From contig JAQGDQ010000533.1 in NCBI GenBank assembly GCA_030141605.1, positions 1-64,000 of the forward strand: DNA of 64,000 nt. The letters run 5' to 3'. Origin of the DNA: Tubiluchus corallicola. Taxonomy: Eukaryota > Animalia > Priapulida. Position numbers and translations under genes: made by a program. Positions 62,300 to 64,000 of this stretch are shown in pieces. The first letter of the stretch is position 1, and every line of letters begins with the position of its first letter. Under the pieces are notes generated by a model, which worked only from the letters and a program-made list of their open reading frames with translations, made no database searches and was not told the origin of the DNA.

Positions 62300-62474
62300 A
62301 ATAATAATACAATAATACAATTATTACCCCACTTTACTCTAAATACCAAGTGCCAGGCAGGACAATAGCAGGTACCATTTTTAAAGTCTTCAGTATGACC
62401 CGGGCGCAGGATCAAACTCACGACCTCCCAGGCGGAAAAACTGTCGTGTTACCATTAGGTTAAACCGTCTGGTC
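62300..62474 (-). mobile_element. tRNA-derived SINE, 3'-truncated
   Basis: Minus strand: gaccagacggtttaacctaatggtaac...ggaggtcgtgagtttgatcctgcgcccgggtcatactgaagactttaaaaatggtacctgctattgtcctgcctggcacttggtattt; homologous to 247-378 and 55610-55720. Confidence 0.8.
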
Positions 62475-64000
62475 AATGTATTGTGTGTTATTATATTAGG
62501 ATTGTCTGGTTCTATGTATTATCGTATGAGTTATTCAATGTTAATGTTTTTGGCCTCTATGTGGGAGCCTTAAGAATCCCAATTTTTAAAAGCCAGGGTA
62601 CGCGTCTACGCCATTTGTTCCTAAAAATTAATGATTCATAACTCATTTTATTGTGTGGATAAAAATGTAAAATTGTAATACACAGAAAAGCGTGTCATCA
62701 TAAAAACAATTAATTTGCATTTTACTGTAGTAAGTTACAAAGTAACTACATAGTACATTCATGACTTGTTGTACTTGTATAGGGGTGAAACATACCTGTT
62801 TATGCCAACGTACATTATCTGCTACTAAGTTCAGTTCAAATGTAGCATGTCAAACCAAGAAATATGCAGAATTTTCCCATATGAGGTCAATATCTTTGTC
62901 TCAGGCTCAATTCACACAAACTATCATTTTCACCATTGCAAAGTGTTCACAAAACTTACTTCACAGAAATCCAAACAGCATTTAGAATTGCAGCGGTAGA
63001 ATTATAGGACACAGACACACAGCAAATTGACAGTTTGGTAAAACCATGGGCACTAAGAACTGTTGTTATTTTCGACGTGTATGTGCAAACGCACATGTAG
63101 CCTAAGCTCCTTTCACATGTCCCCATTTTGATAGACTTACGTTAAAACGTATGGCGGAAAGACTACGTTTCCCTTGATCTTTTTGCGTCGTTACTGCAGA
63201 GGTTGTGAGCCCATTAGATGAAGTCTGAACCTGGTAGAATCTGGTGGCTGGTAGAGTCTGTAGGAACCCCTTTAAACTAGTCAGGAACACTGTATAACTT
63301 TTGTATATATTTATGATTGCATTTCTTTTTACTCCCTGCTGTTTAATGGCGTTCTCGGATTCAATTTTCATTATCACTAATTTTCATCGTTTACAAATGC
63401 CTAAACTTCACAACTGTTTGATATCTTTATTGTGTCATTAAACTTAATATTTTGTTACCTAATTGCCTGGTTACAGGTTGATTTTTGAGGTATAGAAGAA
63501 AGTCTTTTTATCAATCACACCACAAAAGAATCCACGTTGTTTAGGTAGAGCCTGCCTACGCTCAGCTACTATTTCTCGGTTTTGAATCATTTATGAGACA
63601 CGGAGCTGGAGATATACAACACGAACTTATGTACTCTTACTGGACTTGAAAAGGCCGTTTGAATATTTTGCACCCACACGCTACGCCCACGAGGTGAACA
63701 ACTGGCGTACAGTTGCTGAACTGAACAAATTAATAATAACAAAGAGAAATCAGTCAGAAGTGGAATTTTTACATTTTGTAAGATACCAATCAAAACTTCA
63801 GAGCTACTGGACCCTTCATCGGGTTTTATTGGCGATGATAATAAACTGAACTGAACTGAACTGAACTGACTAACTGAGACGAAATTTCTTTATACGTGAA
63901 GCTGAAGCTTGATTTCAGCGTTTTAAACGTTAAAGCTGTGAAAGATTTCTCCGTGCCATATTTCCCTGAATAGGTTAATTACCTTATATATATTTTTTAA

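Overview
AT-rich, intron-rich genomic DNA from an invertebrate animal (probably a lophotrochozoan; inferred, not proven). It is not prokaryotic. Four complete spliced genes can be rebuilt by hand with GT-AG junctions and consistent reading phase: (1) a two-LIM cysteine/glycine-rich protein (CSRP/muscle LIM protein, + strand, 9978-13513); (2) a fatty-acid-binding protein (FABP/iLBP, - strand, 23896-18235); (3) replication factor C subunit 2 (RFC2, + strand, 25983-40343); (4) a Shaw/Kv3 voltage-gated K+ channel (- strand, 57099-42932). Introns and intergenic DNA hold non-autonomous DNA transposons (some nested three deep), tRNA-derived SINEs, LINE 3' ends, minisatellites and microsatellites. Most long ORFs in the track are repeat artefacts. 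The most interesting signals are: a tandemly duplicated, frame-enforced mutually exclusive exon pair in the CSRP gene, where skipping both exons opens a long alternative reading frame; a 44-bp minisatellite whose unit is the last ten codons plus stop codon of the Shaw channel; a 2.6-kb (ACT)n tract that is the expanded tail of a SINE; and minisatellites growing inside MITEs.
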